Shown here piece by piece: positions 29,269 through 37,652 of a stretch of 64,000 bases of DNA (the first letter of the stretch is position 1; the number at the start of each line of letters is the position of its first letter). Both the position numbers and the translations under genes were made by a program. The notes beneath the pieces were generated by a model that saw only the letters and a list, made by a program, of their open reading frames with translations, ran no database searches and was not told where the DNA came from. The stretch comes from Gaiellaceae bacterium (GTDB lineage: Bacteria > Actinomycetota > Thermoleophilia > Gaiellales > Gaiellaceae): contig DATIOF010000088.1 in the NCBI GenBank assembly GCA_035473395.1, positions 196 through 64,195 of the forward strand. The letters are read 5' to 3'.

Positions 29269-29306
29269 GAACGTATGTTCTACACGAACACACGTTCCTC
29301 TGTCAA
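29269..29306 (-). promoter_or_regulatory. Two tandem LexA (SOS) boxes overlapping a TTGACA-type promoter for imuB
   Basis: GAAC-GTAT-GTTC at 29269-29280 and CGAAC-ACAC-GTTCC at 29286-29297. These fit the Gram-positive consensus CGAACRNRYGTTYC. On the minus strand TTGACA sits at 29306-29301, followed by 18 nt and then TAGAAC. Confidence 0.8.
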
Positions 29307-29330
29307 GTACGTGCCATCTAAACTGGGAGC

Positions 29331-29522
29331 GTGAAGCAGATCTGGACAGGCAAAGCCGCGCAGGTCGCCGCGAAGTACGGCGAGACCGCGCCGGCCGCCG
29401 TCTGCTGCAACGCCTGCCGCACGTGCGTCACGACCAATCTGCTCGCGCTCGCCACGGCCGCGGCCGGCGCGGTCGGCTACGGCGTCGTGCGCTTTGCACG
29501 CCGGCTCGTAAGGCCCGCCTAG
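29331..29522 (+). CDS. Small Cys-rich membrane protein (CCxxCxxC followed by one TM helix)
   Basis: 63 aa: MKQIWTGKAAQVAAKYGETAPAAVCCNACRTCVTTNLLALATAAAGAVGYGVVRFARRLVRPA. Nearly all codons end in G or C. The antisense ORF is Arg-rich junk. GTG start. Confidence 0.6.
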   Translation: MKQIWTGKAAQVAAKYGETAPAAVCCNACRTCVTTNLLALATAAAGAVGYGVVRFARRLVRPA

Positions 29523-29926
29523 ACCGGCGGGGCCGCCGCGTACTCCTCGTCGGTGACGTGATCGCCCCACGTCGCGGGATGGCCCTCGTCGTCGACCTCG
29601 ACCAGCGCCAGATGCGTCATGAACCGCGTCGCCGCCGCGCCGTGCCAGTGCTCCTCGCCGGGCTCGAAGAAGACGCGGTCGCCGGGGCGGATCACCTCCA
29701 CCTCGCCCCCGCGCCGCTGGCAATGGCCGATCCCTTCCGTGACCCAGATCGTCTGGCCGTTCGGATGCGTGTGCCAGGCGGTGCGCGCGCCGGGCGTGAA
29801 GTGGACGCTGGTCGCGTTCAGCCGGGTCGCTTCCGAGGGAGCTGCGACGGAGTCGAGGAAGACCGCGCCGGTGAACCACTCGCTCGGCCCGGGCATCGTC
29901 TCCAGGCTGTTCCTCGTGATCTGCAT
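29519..29926 (-). CDS. Cupin-domain protein
   Basis: MQITRNSLETMPGPSEWFTGAVFLD...TAWHTHPNGQTIWVTEGIGHCQ...GDRVFFEPGEEHWHGA. GAGAGGAG lies upstream of ATG 29926. The remainder of track ORF 29519..30934 is junk. Confidence 0.85.
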   Translation of the reverse strand: MQITRNSLETMPGPSEWFTGAVFLDSVAAPSEATRLNATSVHFTPGARTAWHTHPNGQTIWVTEGIGHCQRRGGEVEVIRPGDRVFFEPGEEHWHGAAATRFMTHLALVEVDDEGHPATWGDHVTDEEYAAAPPV

Positions 29927-29969
29927 CGTGTCTCCTCTCGACGGGTGAGCCGTGAGGTAAGCAGACCAC

Positions 29970-30001
29970 TTGACATCCGTACCTCGGTACGGGTCCACAA
30001 T
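29970..30001 (+). promoter_or_regulatory. MerR-type promoter: TTGACA, 20-nt spacer containing a perfect 7-2-7 dyad, CACAAT
   Basis: TTGACA at 29970-29975. Dyad CCGTACC-TC-GGTACGG at 29977-29992. CACAAT at 29996-30001. The ATG of the MerR gene is at 30011, so the transcript would be near-leaderless. Confidence 0.7.
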
Positions 30002-30010
30002 GGCGTCAGC

Positions 30011-31360
30011 ATGCGGATCGGAGAGGTCGCCAGACGCGCCGGGGTGAACGTCGAGACCCTGCGCTACTACGAGCGGCGGGGCCTGCTCGACGAGCCGCCG
30101 CGCGGGATCAACGGCCACCGCGAGTACGACGAGGAGACGGTGCGCTTCGTCAAGGCCGTCAAGGAGGCGCAGCGGCTCGGCTTCACGCTCGAGGAGATCG
30201 AAGAGCACTCGCGGTTGACGGGCGGTGGCCGGGCGCACGAAGGCGTGCGGACGCGGGTCGCACAGAAGCTGGACGAGATCGACGAGCGGATCGCGAGCCT
30301 GCGGCGCGTGCGCGAGGAGCTCGCGCGGGTCGTCGGGTGCGCCTGCGACTCGCTCGACCACTGCACCTGCGGCGCGGCCTTCCTCGCGCGCGGCGGGCGC
30401 GACCCGCGGCTCGGGCCGCTGCTCCACGTGACCAACGGCGAGAGCGCCGGCAACACGCTGCGGCAGACGACGCTCGGCGGCGCGGTGCTCTCGTGGCAGG
30501 ACGTGCTCCACGAAGGCCCGGTGCCGGACGTGCCGGCGGCCGAGCTGCGAACGGTGCGGGCACGGTTCCTCAGCGAATGCGGCTGGGGCTCGGAGCGCTC
30601 GCTGCTGGAGTCGTTCGAGCGGCGCGACCGGCTCTTCGAGGCGGCGCTCGAGGGCGAGACCGACGTCGTCCTCTGGTTCGAGCGCGACCTCTACGACCAG
30701 CTGCAGCTGGTGCAGGCGCTGGCGCTCGCAGGCGACTCGCGGCTCGAGCTGATCCAGGCGGACGCCGACCTCGGGCCGCTGCCGCCGGACGGGCTGGAGG
30801 CGCTCTGGCCGCAGCGCCGGCCCGTGACGCTGCACACGCGCGCGCTCGCCCGCGAGGCGTGGGACGCGTTCCGAGCCCCGGAGCCGACTGGTCTCGTCGA
30901 GCTGGCCGGCCGCGACACGCCGGCGCTCCCCCACCTCGGCCCGGCGCTGCTGCGGTTGTTAGCGGAGCTTCCGGACGCCCGCACCGGCCTCTCTCGAACG
31001 GAGCGGCAGCTGCTCGAGCCGCTGCTCGACGGGCCGCAGCGGCCGCTGCAGCTCTTCGTCGCGAGCCAGGCGCGCGAGGAGGCCGCATTCCTGGGCGACG
31101 CGTGGGCGTGGAAGCGATTGGCCGAGCTCGTGCCGCTGGTCGAGGAGCTTCCGGCACCGCCGCCGCTCGGTGAGCCGCGGGAGTTCCTGTCCGAGCAGGT
31201 GACGCTGACGCCGCTCGGCCGCAAGGTGCTGGCGGGCAAGGCCGATCGCGTCGAGGAGGCACCGGTCGACCGCTGGCTCGGCGGAACCCATGTCGACGGG
31301 AGCTGGCGCTGGGATGCGGCTAGGCGACGACTTCTGCGGCCGGGCCGACCATCCGGCTGA
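30011..31360 (+). CDS. MerR-family HTH regulator fused in frame to a DUF1835/DUF3658-like domain
   Basis: MRIGEVARRAGVNVETLRYYERRGLL... coiled coil ... GCACDSLDHCTCG, then LLHVTNGESAGNTLRQ...VLHEGPVP (DUF1835-like) with no intervening stop. Only the last 449 codons of track ORF 28208..31360 look coding. Confidence 0.8.
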   Translation: MRIGEVARRAGVNVETLRYYERRGLLDEPPRGINGHREYDEETVRFVKAVKEAQRLGFTLEEIEEHSRLTGGGRAHEGVRTRVAQKLDEIDERIASLRRVREELARVVGCACDSLDHCTCGAAFLARGGRDPRLGPLLHVTNGESAGNTLRQTTLGGAVLSWQDVLHEGPVPDVPAAELRTVRARFLSECGWGSERSLLESFERRDRLFEAALEGETDVVLWFERDLYDQLQLVQALALAGDSRLELIQADADLGPLPPDGLEALWPQRRPVTLHTRALAREAWDAFRAPEPTGLVELAGRDTPALPHLGPALLRLLAELPDARTGLSRTERQLLEPLLDGPQRPLQLFVASQAREEAAFLGDAWAWKRLAELVPLVEELPAPPPLGEPREFLSEQVTLTPLGRKVLAGKADRVEEAPVDRWLGGTHVDGSWRWDAARRRLLRPGRPSG

Positions 31361-32003
31361 AGCGCGGCACGACGTCGAGGATGCTCTCCTGCGCGCAGAA
31401 GGCGATGTCCTCCTCGAGCCCGGGCGGGCCGTAGGTGCGCGCGTTGATGCCGTCGATCGGATTGGCGAAGCGCTCGGCCACGAGCTCGCACGCGATCGCC
31501 GCGTCGGTTCGCTCCCCGCCGGCGAGGCGGACGATCCGGCCGGCGCAGTAGGCGTCGTCGATCGCGAAGGCGCCCTTGTAGCCGGCGCAGTCCACGGTGT
31601 AGTCCACCCCGCTCTCTCGCGCGTGCGCGGCCACCGCGTCGAGGTTCAGCAGCGCGCCGAGCACGACCTGGTCGCAGGCCTCGGCGGCGGCGACGATCGA
31701 GCGCGTGCCGTTGGTGGTCGAGAGGATCAGCGTCTCCGCCCGCGGCTCGCGGAACTCGCGTGGCGAGGCGCCGGCGTCGAACGCCTCGACGCGCTGCGCT
31801 TCGCGCTCGCCTCCCGTGATCGCCTCGTCGCCGAGCTCGGCCTTCAGCGCGAGCGCGTCCTCGATCTCGGCGCAGCAGAGCACGCGCTGGTACCCGCCCG
31901 CGAGCGCCTGCGCGATCGTCGAGGTGGCCCGCATCACGTCGACGACGATCCCGAGCGGCGCCGCGGCCGCCTCGACGGGGGTGAGAGCGACGTGACAGCG
32001 CAT
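31320..32003 (-). CDS. comB: 2-phosphosulfolactate phosphatase (ComB) family protein
   Basis: IVVDVMRATSTIAQALAGGY...LSTTNGTRSI...CAGYKGAFAIDDAYCAG. Confidence 0.8.
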   Translation of the reverse strand: MRCHVALTPVEAAAAPLGIVVDVMRATSTIAQALAGGYQRVLCCAEIEDALALKAELGDEAITGGEREAQRVEAFDAGASPREFREPRAETLILSTTNGTRSIVAAAEACDQVVLGALLNLDAVAAHARESGVDYTVDCAGYKGAFAIDDAYCAGRIVRLAGGERTDAAIACELVAERFANPIDGINARTYGPPGLEEDIAFCAQESILDVVPRFSRMVGPAAEVVA

Positions 32004-32034
32004 CGCCGCACTACGCTACTTCAGGTCTTCCCCA

Positions 32035-32877
32035 GTGGCCTACTGCTATCGACATCCCAACCGCGAGACGTTCGTCTCCTGCTCGGAGTGCGGCCGTCCG
32101 ATCTGCGCCGAGTGCATGACGCCCGCGCCGGTCGGCCAGCGCTGCCCCGAGCACTCCGGCAAGCCGCAGGGCGCGAGCCGGATCAGCTCGAGCGTCCGGC
32201 GCGGCGCCTTCGAGGGTACGGGCGCGCTCGTGACGAAATCGCTGCTGGCGATCAACATCGCCGTCTACCTGATCACGGCCTTCCAGGGAAACGGGTTGAA
32301 CTCGCCCGGCGGACGACTCTTTTTCAATTGGGAGCTCTTCGGGCCGGCGGTGGCGAACGGCGACTGGTGGCGCCTGTTCACGAGCGCGTTCCTGCACGCG
32401 AACCTGATCCACATCGCCTTCAACATGTACTTCCTCTGGTTCGTCGGCACCGCGGTCGAGCAGGCGCTCGGACGTGGCCGCTTCTTGCTGCTCTACATCG
32501 TCTCTGCGCTCGCAGGCTCGGCCGGTGCGCTCGTCTGGACGCCGCTCGCGCCGACCGTCGGCGCTTCGGGTGCGCTCTTCGGTCTGCTCGGGGCGGCGCT
32601 GATCCTCGAGCGCCAGCGGAACTACGTGCTCGGCGGCTCGGCGATGGGCCTGATCCTGATCAACCTGGTGCTCAGCTTCGCGATCTCCGGCATCTCGATC
32701 GGCGGCCACATTGGAGGCCTGATCGGCGGGATCCTCTGCACGCTGATCTTCTCGAAGTTCGGCCGCAGCCACGCCGCCTACAGCCGCGTCGGGCTGTGGG
32801 GGATCGCCGGCGTGCTAGGGGTCGGCCTCGCGAGCATCGCCGTCGCGTACTTCAAGGTCCGCGGCTACGCGGCCTAG
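32035..32877 (+). CDS. Rhomboid-family intramembrane serine protease with an N-terminal zinc-ribbon
   Basis: [24 protein letters not shown]...[25 protein letters not shown]...[12 protein letters not shown]...[10 protein letters not shown]. Confidence 0.9.
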   Translation: MAYCYRHPNRETFVSCSECGRPICAECMTPAPVGQRCPEHSGKPQGASRISSSVRRGAFEGTGALVTKSLLAINIAVYLITAFQGNGLNSPGGRLFFNWELFGPAVANGDWWRLFTSAFLHANLIHIAFNMYFLWFVGTAVEQALGRGRFLLLYIVSALAGSAGALVWTPLAPTVGASGALFGLLGAALILERQRNYVLGGSAMGLILINLVLSFAISGISIGGHIGGLIGGILCTLIFSKFGRSHAAYSRVGLWGIAGVLGVGLASIAVAYFKVRGYAA

Positions 32878-33332
32878 CCAGAGCGCTCGACCGAGTACAC
32901 ATGGTCGAGCTTGTCCCTGAAGGCCTTGTCCGTCCCGAGGCCGCCGTCGACGACATCGGCGAAGCCGTCCCAGGCGAAGATCGTGTCGTTGCCGGCGCCG
33001 CCGTAGACCCGGTCGCGGCCAGTGTCGCCCTGGAGCTTGTCGTCGCCCGCCCCGCCGAAGAGGACGTCGCTGCCGTCGCCGCCGTTCAGTAGATCGGCTC
33101 CGGGGCCGCCCTTGAGCACGTCGTTGCCGCCGGCGCCGTCGAGCACGTCGTTGCCGCCGAGCCCACAGATCACGTCGTGGCGAGGCGTTCCGAAGAGCAG
33201 GTCCGCCCCCGGCGTGCCGACGATCGTGCACGCGCCGGCCGGCGGAGCCGCGTGCGCGCCGCGGACGAGGAAGAGCGAGACGGTCAGGAACAGCGCGGCG
33301 GTGGCCTTGATGCGGGACTCTTGAGGATTCAC
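32874..33332 (-). CDS. Secreted calcium-binding protein with hemolysin-type (GGxGxD) repeats
   Basis: Signal-like [19 protein letters not shown], then [49 protein letters not shown] 33332 is preceded by AGGAGG. Confidence 0.8.
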   Translation of the reverse strand: MNPQESRIKATAALFLTVSLFLVRGAHAAPPAGACTIVGTPGADLLFGTPRHDVICGLGGNDVLDGAGGNDVLKGGPGADLLNGGDGSDVLFGGAGDDKLQGDTGRDRVYGGAGNDTIFAWDGFADVVDGGLGTDKAFRDKLDHVYSVERSG

Positions 33333-33494
33333 GAGAGCGGCACCTCCTAAGCGAGTGGCGTGCCGCACCACCGTGTTGCGACTGAAATCGGCGCAAACGG
33401 CACGAGCCGCGATCCCTCGACAGGGGAATCGCGGCTCGAGCTGAGCAGCCAGTTTGCGTCGCGGCCAAGGCGTCGCTTGCGACGCCGACCGAGA

Positions 33495-33521
33495 GGCCGT
33501 GCCGGCTCTGCCGGCACGGCC
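33495..33521 (-). terminator. Perfect 11-bp G/C stem-loop 3 nt after the lipoprotein stop, followed by a second hairpin at 33469-33486
   Basis: ggccgtgccgg-ctctg-ccggcacggcc read directly. There is no U tract. Confidence 0.55.
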
Positions 33522-33524
33522 GTC

Positions 33525-33965
33525 TTACGCCGGCCGGTTCGTGATGTGCACGTAGATCTTGCCGCCGCCACAGTCGTTCCGAAGCGCGACCTGGCCGGAC
33601 CGTCCCTCGCCCTTCCAGGAGATCTCCGAGTCGTTCGGAGCCTCGACCTCCTCGAACAGGATCTTGTAGCCCGCAGCCTTGAGCTCCTTCAGGTACTCGT
33701 CGTGGGCCTCCTGGACATCGCCCGTCCAGTACCCCTCGACGAGCTCCGTGGGACCCTGCTTCGACTGCTTCGTGAGCGTCGTCTTCTCGACCATCGGGAA
33801 GCTCGGTGGCAGGTTTGGCGCGCCGGAGAGCGGCGAGCCGTCACAGGCCGCCTTCGCCTGCGGGTTTGCTGCCCGTGTTTCCGAGCTCTTGTTGCCCCCG
33901 CCTCCGCATCCGGCGACGCCGAGCGCGAGCGCCGCAAGCAGGCAAATGAATGCCGCTCGCTTCAT
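33525..33965 (-). CDS. Hypothetical lipoprotein
   Basis: MKRAAFICLLAALALGVAGCGGG. This is a signal peptide plus lipobox (LGVAGC). Confidence 0.75.
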   Translation of the reverse strand: MKRAAFICLLAALALGVAGCGGGGNKSSETRAANPQAKAACDGSPLSGAPNLPPSFPMVEKTTLTKQSKQGPTELVEGYWTGDVQEAHDEYLKELKAAGYKILFEEVEAPNDSEISWKGEGRSGQVALRNDCGGGKIYVHITNRPA

Positions 33966-34009
33966 GTGACCTACCTTTCGCGGATCCCCCGCGCGGGAGC
34001 CTAACCGGC

Positions 34010-36622
34010 TTACCCGCCGGCCGCGACCGCCTCGATCCCGGACTCCTTCAGCGACGCCTGGGCCGCGGCGAGGCGCGCGAGCGGCACGCGGTAGGGCGAG
34101 CAGCTCACGTAGTCGAGCCCCAGGCGGTGGCAGAAGGCGACCGAGTCCGGCTCGCCGCCGTGCTCGCCGCAGATGCCGAGCTTCAGGTCCTCCTTGGCGC
34201 CGCGGCCGCGCTCGACCGCGATCCGCATCAAGTCGCCGACGCCCTCCTGGTCGAGGAACTCGAACGGGTTGCGCGAGAGCACGCCGTCCTCGAGGTAGCG
34301 CGTCAGGAACTTCCCTTCCGCGTCATCGCGGGAGAAGCCGAGCGCGGTCTGGGTGAGATCGTTCGTGCCGAACGAGAAGAAGTCGGCGTACTCGGCGATC
34401 TCGTCCGCGCGGATGCACGCGCGCGGTAGCTCGATCATCGTGCCGACGAGGTACTCGACCGTGTCGCTCTCCTCGCTGGCAGTCGCGACGGTGATCGCCC
34501 GCAGCCGGTGCAGCTCCTCGGCGAACCCGACGAGCGGATGCATGATCTCGACCAGCGGCGCGTCGCCCGTGCGCTCCTCGACGGCGGCAGCGGCGCGGAT
34601 GATCGCGCGCACCTGCATCTCGTAGATCTCCGGCCAGAGCAGGCCGAGGCGGCACCCGCGCGTGCCGAGCATCGGGTTCGACTCCTGCAGCGCCTTGATC
34701 CGCTCGCGCATCCGCTCGTCCGTCGCCTCCTCGAGCGGCGGCAGGAACTCGTGCAGCGGCGGGTCGAGCAGCCGGATCGTGACCGGCAGGCCCGCCATCG
34801 CCTCGAAGATCCCCTCGAAGTCGGCCTGCTGGTGCGGCAGCAGCTTGTCGAGCGCGGTGCGGCGCTCGTCCTCGCCCGAGGCCATGATCATCTCGCGCAC
34901 GACCGGCAGCCGGTCGTCGGCCATGAACATGTGCTCGGTGCGGCAGAGGCCGATCCCCTGAGCGCCGAAGTCGCGGGCCTTGGCGGCGTCCTCGGGCGTG
35001 TCCGCATTGGCGCGCACCTTCATCCGGCGCAGCTCGTCGGCCCAGCCCAGGATCGTCTCGAAGTCCTCGTTGATCTGCGGCGGCACGAGCGGGACGGCGC
35101 CGACGATCACGCGGCCGGTGCCGCCGTCGATCGTAAGCGTCTCGCCCTCGGCGAGGGTCTGTCCCCCGACCGTGATCGTCCGTTGCTCGATGTCGATCGT
35201 CAGGTCGTCGCAGCCGGCGACACAAGGCTTGCCCATCCCGCGCGCGACGACGGCCGCGTGGGAGGTCATGCCGCCGTGAGCGGTCAGGATCCCGGCCGCC
35301 TGGATCAGGCCGTGGATGTCGTCGGGGGTCGTCTCCCAGCGGACGAGGATCACGCTCTCCCCCGCCTTGCCGCGCTGCTCGGCCAGGTCGGCGTCGAGCA
35401 CGATCGCGCCACAGGCCGCGCCGGGCGACGCGTTCAGTCCCCGCGCGGCGACCTCGAGCTGCGCGGAGGGGTCGATCATCGGGTGCAGCAGCTGGTCGAG
35501 CTGCGCGGGGTCGATCCGCGCCACCGCCTCCTCGCGGGAGATCAGGCCCTCGTCGACCATCGTCACCGCGGCCTTCAGCGCCGCGGCGGCCGTGCGCTTG
35601 GCCGAGCGGGTCTGCAGCAGGTAGAGCCGGCCCTCCTCGACCGTGAACTCGATGTCCTGGACGTCCTTGTAGTGCCGCTCGAGGCGGCTCATCGTCTCGG
35701 TCAGCTGCTCGAACGCCTCCGGCAGCCGCTGTTCCATGTTCGCCAGCGGCTCGGGCGTGCGGATCCCCGCGACCACGTCCTCGCCCTGCGCGTCGGCGAG
35801 GAACTCGCCGTAGAGGCCCGACTCGCCGGTCGACGGGTCGCGTGTGAAGGCGACGCCGGTGCCTGACCCTTCGCCCTTGTTGCCGAAGACCATCTGGACG
35901 ACGTTGACCGCGGTGCCGAGGTCGTCCGGGATCCGGTGCGCGCGGCGGTAGACCTGGGCCCGCGGCGTGTCCCACGAGTCGAAGACGGCGCGCACCGCGC
36001 GGGCGAGCTGATCGCGTGCGTCCTGCGGGAACGGCGCGCCGGTCTCGTCCTCATAGATCTGCTTGTACGTGCCGACGAGCTCGCGCAGGTCGTTCGCGTC
36101 GAGCTCGACGTCCTGCTGTGCGCCGCGCTCGGTCTTGAGATCGCTGAGCGCCTGCTCGAAGCGGTGCGCGTCGACGCCCTCGACGACCTCGCCGTACATC
36201 TGGATCAGGCGCCGGTACGAGTCGTAGGCGAAGCGCGGGTTGCCCGTCGTCGCGCCGAGGCCCTCGACCGCATCGTCGTTCAGGCCGAGGTTGAGGATCG
36301 TGTCCATCATCCCGGGCATCGAGACCGCCGCGCCCGAGCGGACGGAGACGAGCAGCGGATCCTGCGGGTCGCCGAAGCGCTTGCCGGTCTGCCCCTCGAG
36401 CGTGTCGATGTGCCGCTCGATCTCCTCGGGCAGCCCGGCGGGGAGCTGCTGGCCGTTGGCCATGTAGGCCCGGCAGGCGTCGGTCGTGATCGTGAAGCCG
36501 GATGGCACGGGCACGCCGAGCTGCGTCATCTCGGCCAGGCCGACGCCCTTGCCGCCGAGCAGCTCGCGGCCGCCCTCGGAAGGCTCGTCGAAGCCATAGA
36601 CGTAACGCCCGTTCCCTCGCAT
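34010..36622 (-). CDS. ppdK: Pyruvate, phosphate dikinase
   Basis: LLGGKGVGLAEM...GGMTSHAAVVARGMGKPCV...CGEHGGEP. ATG 36622 gives MRGNGRYVYGFDE. GTG 36640 is the longer alternative. Confidence 0.95.
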   Translation of the reverse strand: MRGNGRYVYGFDEPSEGGRELLGGKGVGLAEMTQLGVPVPSGFTITTDACRAYMANGQQLPAGLPEEIERHIDTLEGQTGKRFGDPQDPLLVSVRSGAAVSMPGMMDTILNLGLNDDAVEGLGATTGNPRFAYDSYRRLIQMYGEVVEGVDAHRFEQALSDLKTERGAQQDVELDANDLRELVGTYKQIYEDETGAPFPQDARDQLARAVRAVFDSWDTPRAQVYRRAHRIPDDLGTAVNVVQMVFGNKGEGSGTGVAFTRDPSTGESGLYGEFLADAQGEDVVAGIRTPEPLANMEQRLPEAFEQLTETMSRLERHYKDVQDIEFTVEEGRLYLLQTRSAKRTAAAALKAAVTMVDEGLISREEAVARIDPAQLDQLLHPMIDPSAQLEVAARGLNASPGAACGAIVLDADLAEQRGKAGESVILVRWETTPDDIHGLIQAAGILTAHGGMTSHAAVVARGMGKPCVAGCDDLTIDIEQRTITVGGQTLAEGETLTIDGGTGRVIVGAVPLVPPQINEDFETILGWADELRRMKVRANADTPEDAAKARDFGAQGIGLCRTEHMFMADDRLPVVREMIMASGEDERRTALDKLLPHQQADFEGIFEAMAGLPVTIRLLDPPLHEFLPPLEEATDERMRERIKALQESNPMLGTRGCRLGLLWPEIYEMQVRAIIRAAAAVEERTGDAPLVEIMHPLVGFAEELHRLRAITVATASEESDTVEYLVGTMIELPRACIRADEIAEYADFFSFGTNDLTQTALGFSRDDAEGKFLTRYLEDGVLSRNPFEFLDQEGVGDLMRIAVERGRGAKEDLKLGICGEHGGEPDSVAFCHRLGLDYVSCSPYRVPLARLAAAQASLKESGIEAVAAGG

Positions 36623-36665
36623 TGCGAGAAATCTTCCCACAGGTGCTTCGGCGTAAGCTCAACTG

Positions 36666-37643
36666 ATGAAGCGCCTGCTGCTAGCGATCCTCGCAGCGTG
36701 CCTCGTGAGCGCGCCGGCGGGCGCGGGCGGCACGGCCCCGTGGAGCAGGATCGCCTTCGGACGCGACCTCGGCGGGGTGAGCGGCGATCTGACGAGCCTC
36801 TACACCGTCCGGCCCGACGGCGGCGGCCTGCAGCGGCTGACGGTGCCGCCGACCAGGCAGGCGCTCGGCGGCGACTCCGGGCCCGTCTGGGCGCCCGGCG
36901 GCCGGAGCCTCGTCTTCGAGCGGAACCTGCCCTACTGGGGGACGGACCGGATGCGACTGATGGCGGTCTCCGCGCGCGGCGGAGCGGCGCGACAGCTGAC
37001 CAGCGGCCCGTTCGATGCGATGCCCTCGTTCTCGCCGGACGGCAAGCGGATCGCCTTCACGCGCGTCGTGCAGTCGGTCGTCGCCCCGACGGCCTCGCTC
37101 TTCACGATGGACGGCGCGGGCCGGCACCTCGAGCCGCTGCTCGCCGACGGGATCGACCTCTCGGCCGCCTGGTCGCCGGACGGATCGACGATCGCGTTCT
37201 CGCGGCTCGAGTCGGTCAGCCGCCCGCTCGCCGAGGCGACGCTCTACCTGGCCGACAAGGACGGCTCGCACGTGCGCAGCCTCGGGCTGCACGGCCTCTC
37301 GGCGGCGTGGTCGCCCGACGGCAAGCGGCTCGCCTTCGTCTCCTTCGACGACGCCAACGCGCCCGCCTGCTCGGCCGCCTCGTGCCCGCCGAGCGGCGAG
37401 CTTTACGTCGTCGGCGCCGATGGAAGCGGGCTCAGGCGCCTGACCCGCAGCAAGGCCGACGACGAGCATCCGAGCTGGTCGCCGGACGGCTCGCGGATCG
37501 CCTTCGCGAGCGGCTTCGACGTGCGCAGCCAGGGCCATGCGCCCTGGCTGATGGTGATGCGAGCCTTCGGCGGCAAGCCGGTGCGGATCGGCCACGTGAG
37601 CGGCGTGATCGACCCGTCCTGGAGCCCGGCAGGCGTTCGGTAG
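36666..37643 (+). CDS. Secreted TolB-like beta-propeller (PD40/WD40-like repeat) protein
   Basis: Signal peptide MKRLLLAILAACLVSAPAGA. Repeated SPDGKRIAF, WSPDGSTIAF, WSPDGKRLAF and WSPDGSRIAF units. Confidence 0.85.
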   Translation: MKRLLLAILAACLVSAPAGAGGTAPWSRIAFGRDLGGVSGDLTSLYTVRPDGGGLQRLTVPPTRQALGGDSGPVWAPGGRSLVFERNLPYWGTDRMRLMAVSARGGAARQLTSGPFDAMPSFSPDGKRIAFTRVVQSVVAPTASLFTMDGAGRHLEPLLADGIDLSAAWSPDGSTIAFSRLESVSRPLAEATLYLADKDGSHVRSLGLHGLSAAWSPDGKRLAFVSFDDANAPACSAASCPPSGELYVVGADGSGLRRLTRSKADDEHPSWSPDGSRIAFASGFDVRSQGHAPWLMVMRAFGGKPVRIGHVSGVIDPSWSPAGVR

Positions 37644-37652
37644 GCTGGCCGC

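Noticed and set aside
29519-29522. Convergent genes sharing a palindromic CTAG as both stop codons. This also occurs at 21421..21424.
   Set aside because: It is a real feature, but a trivial consequence of compact gene packing, with no functional implication that I can support.
28208-30010. The first ~600 codons of the 1050-aa plus-strand ORF 28208..31360.
   Set aside because: Only the part from ATG 30011 (MerR HTH onwards) looks coding. The upstream part is antisense to imuB and the cupin gene, and is low-complexity.
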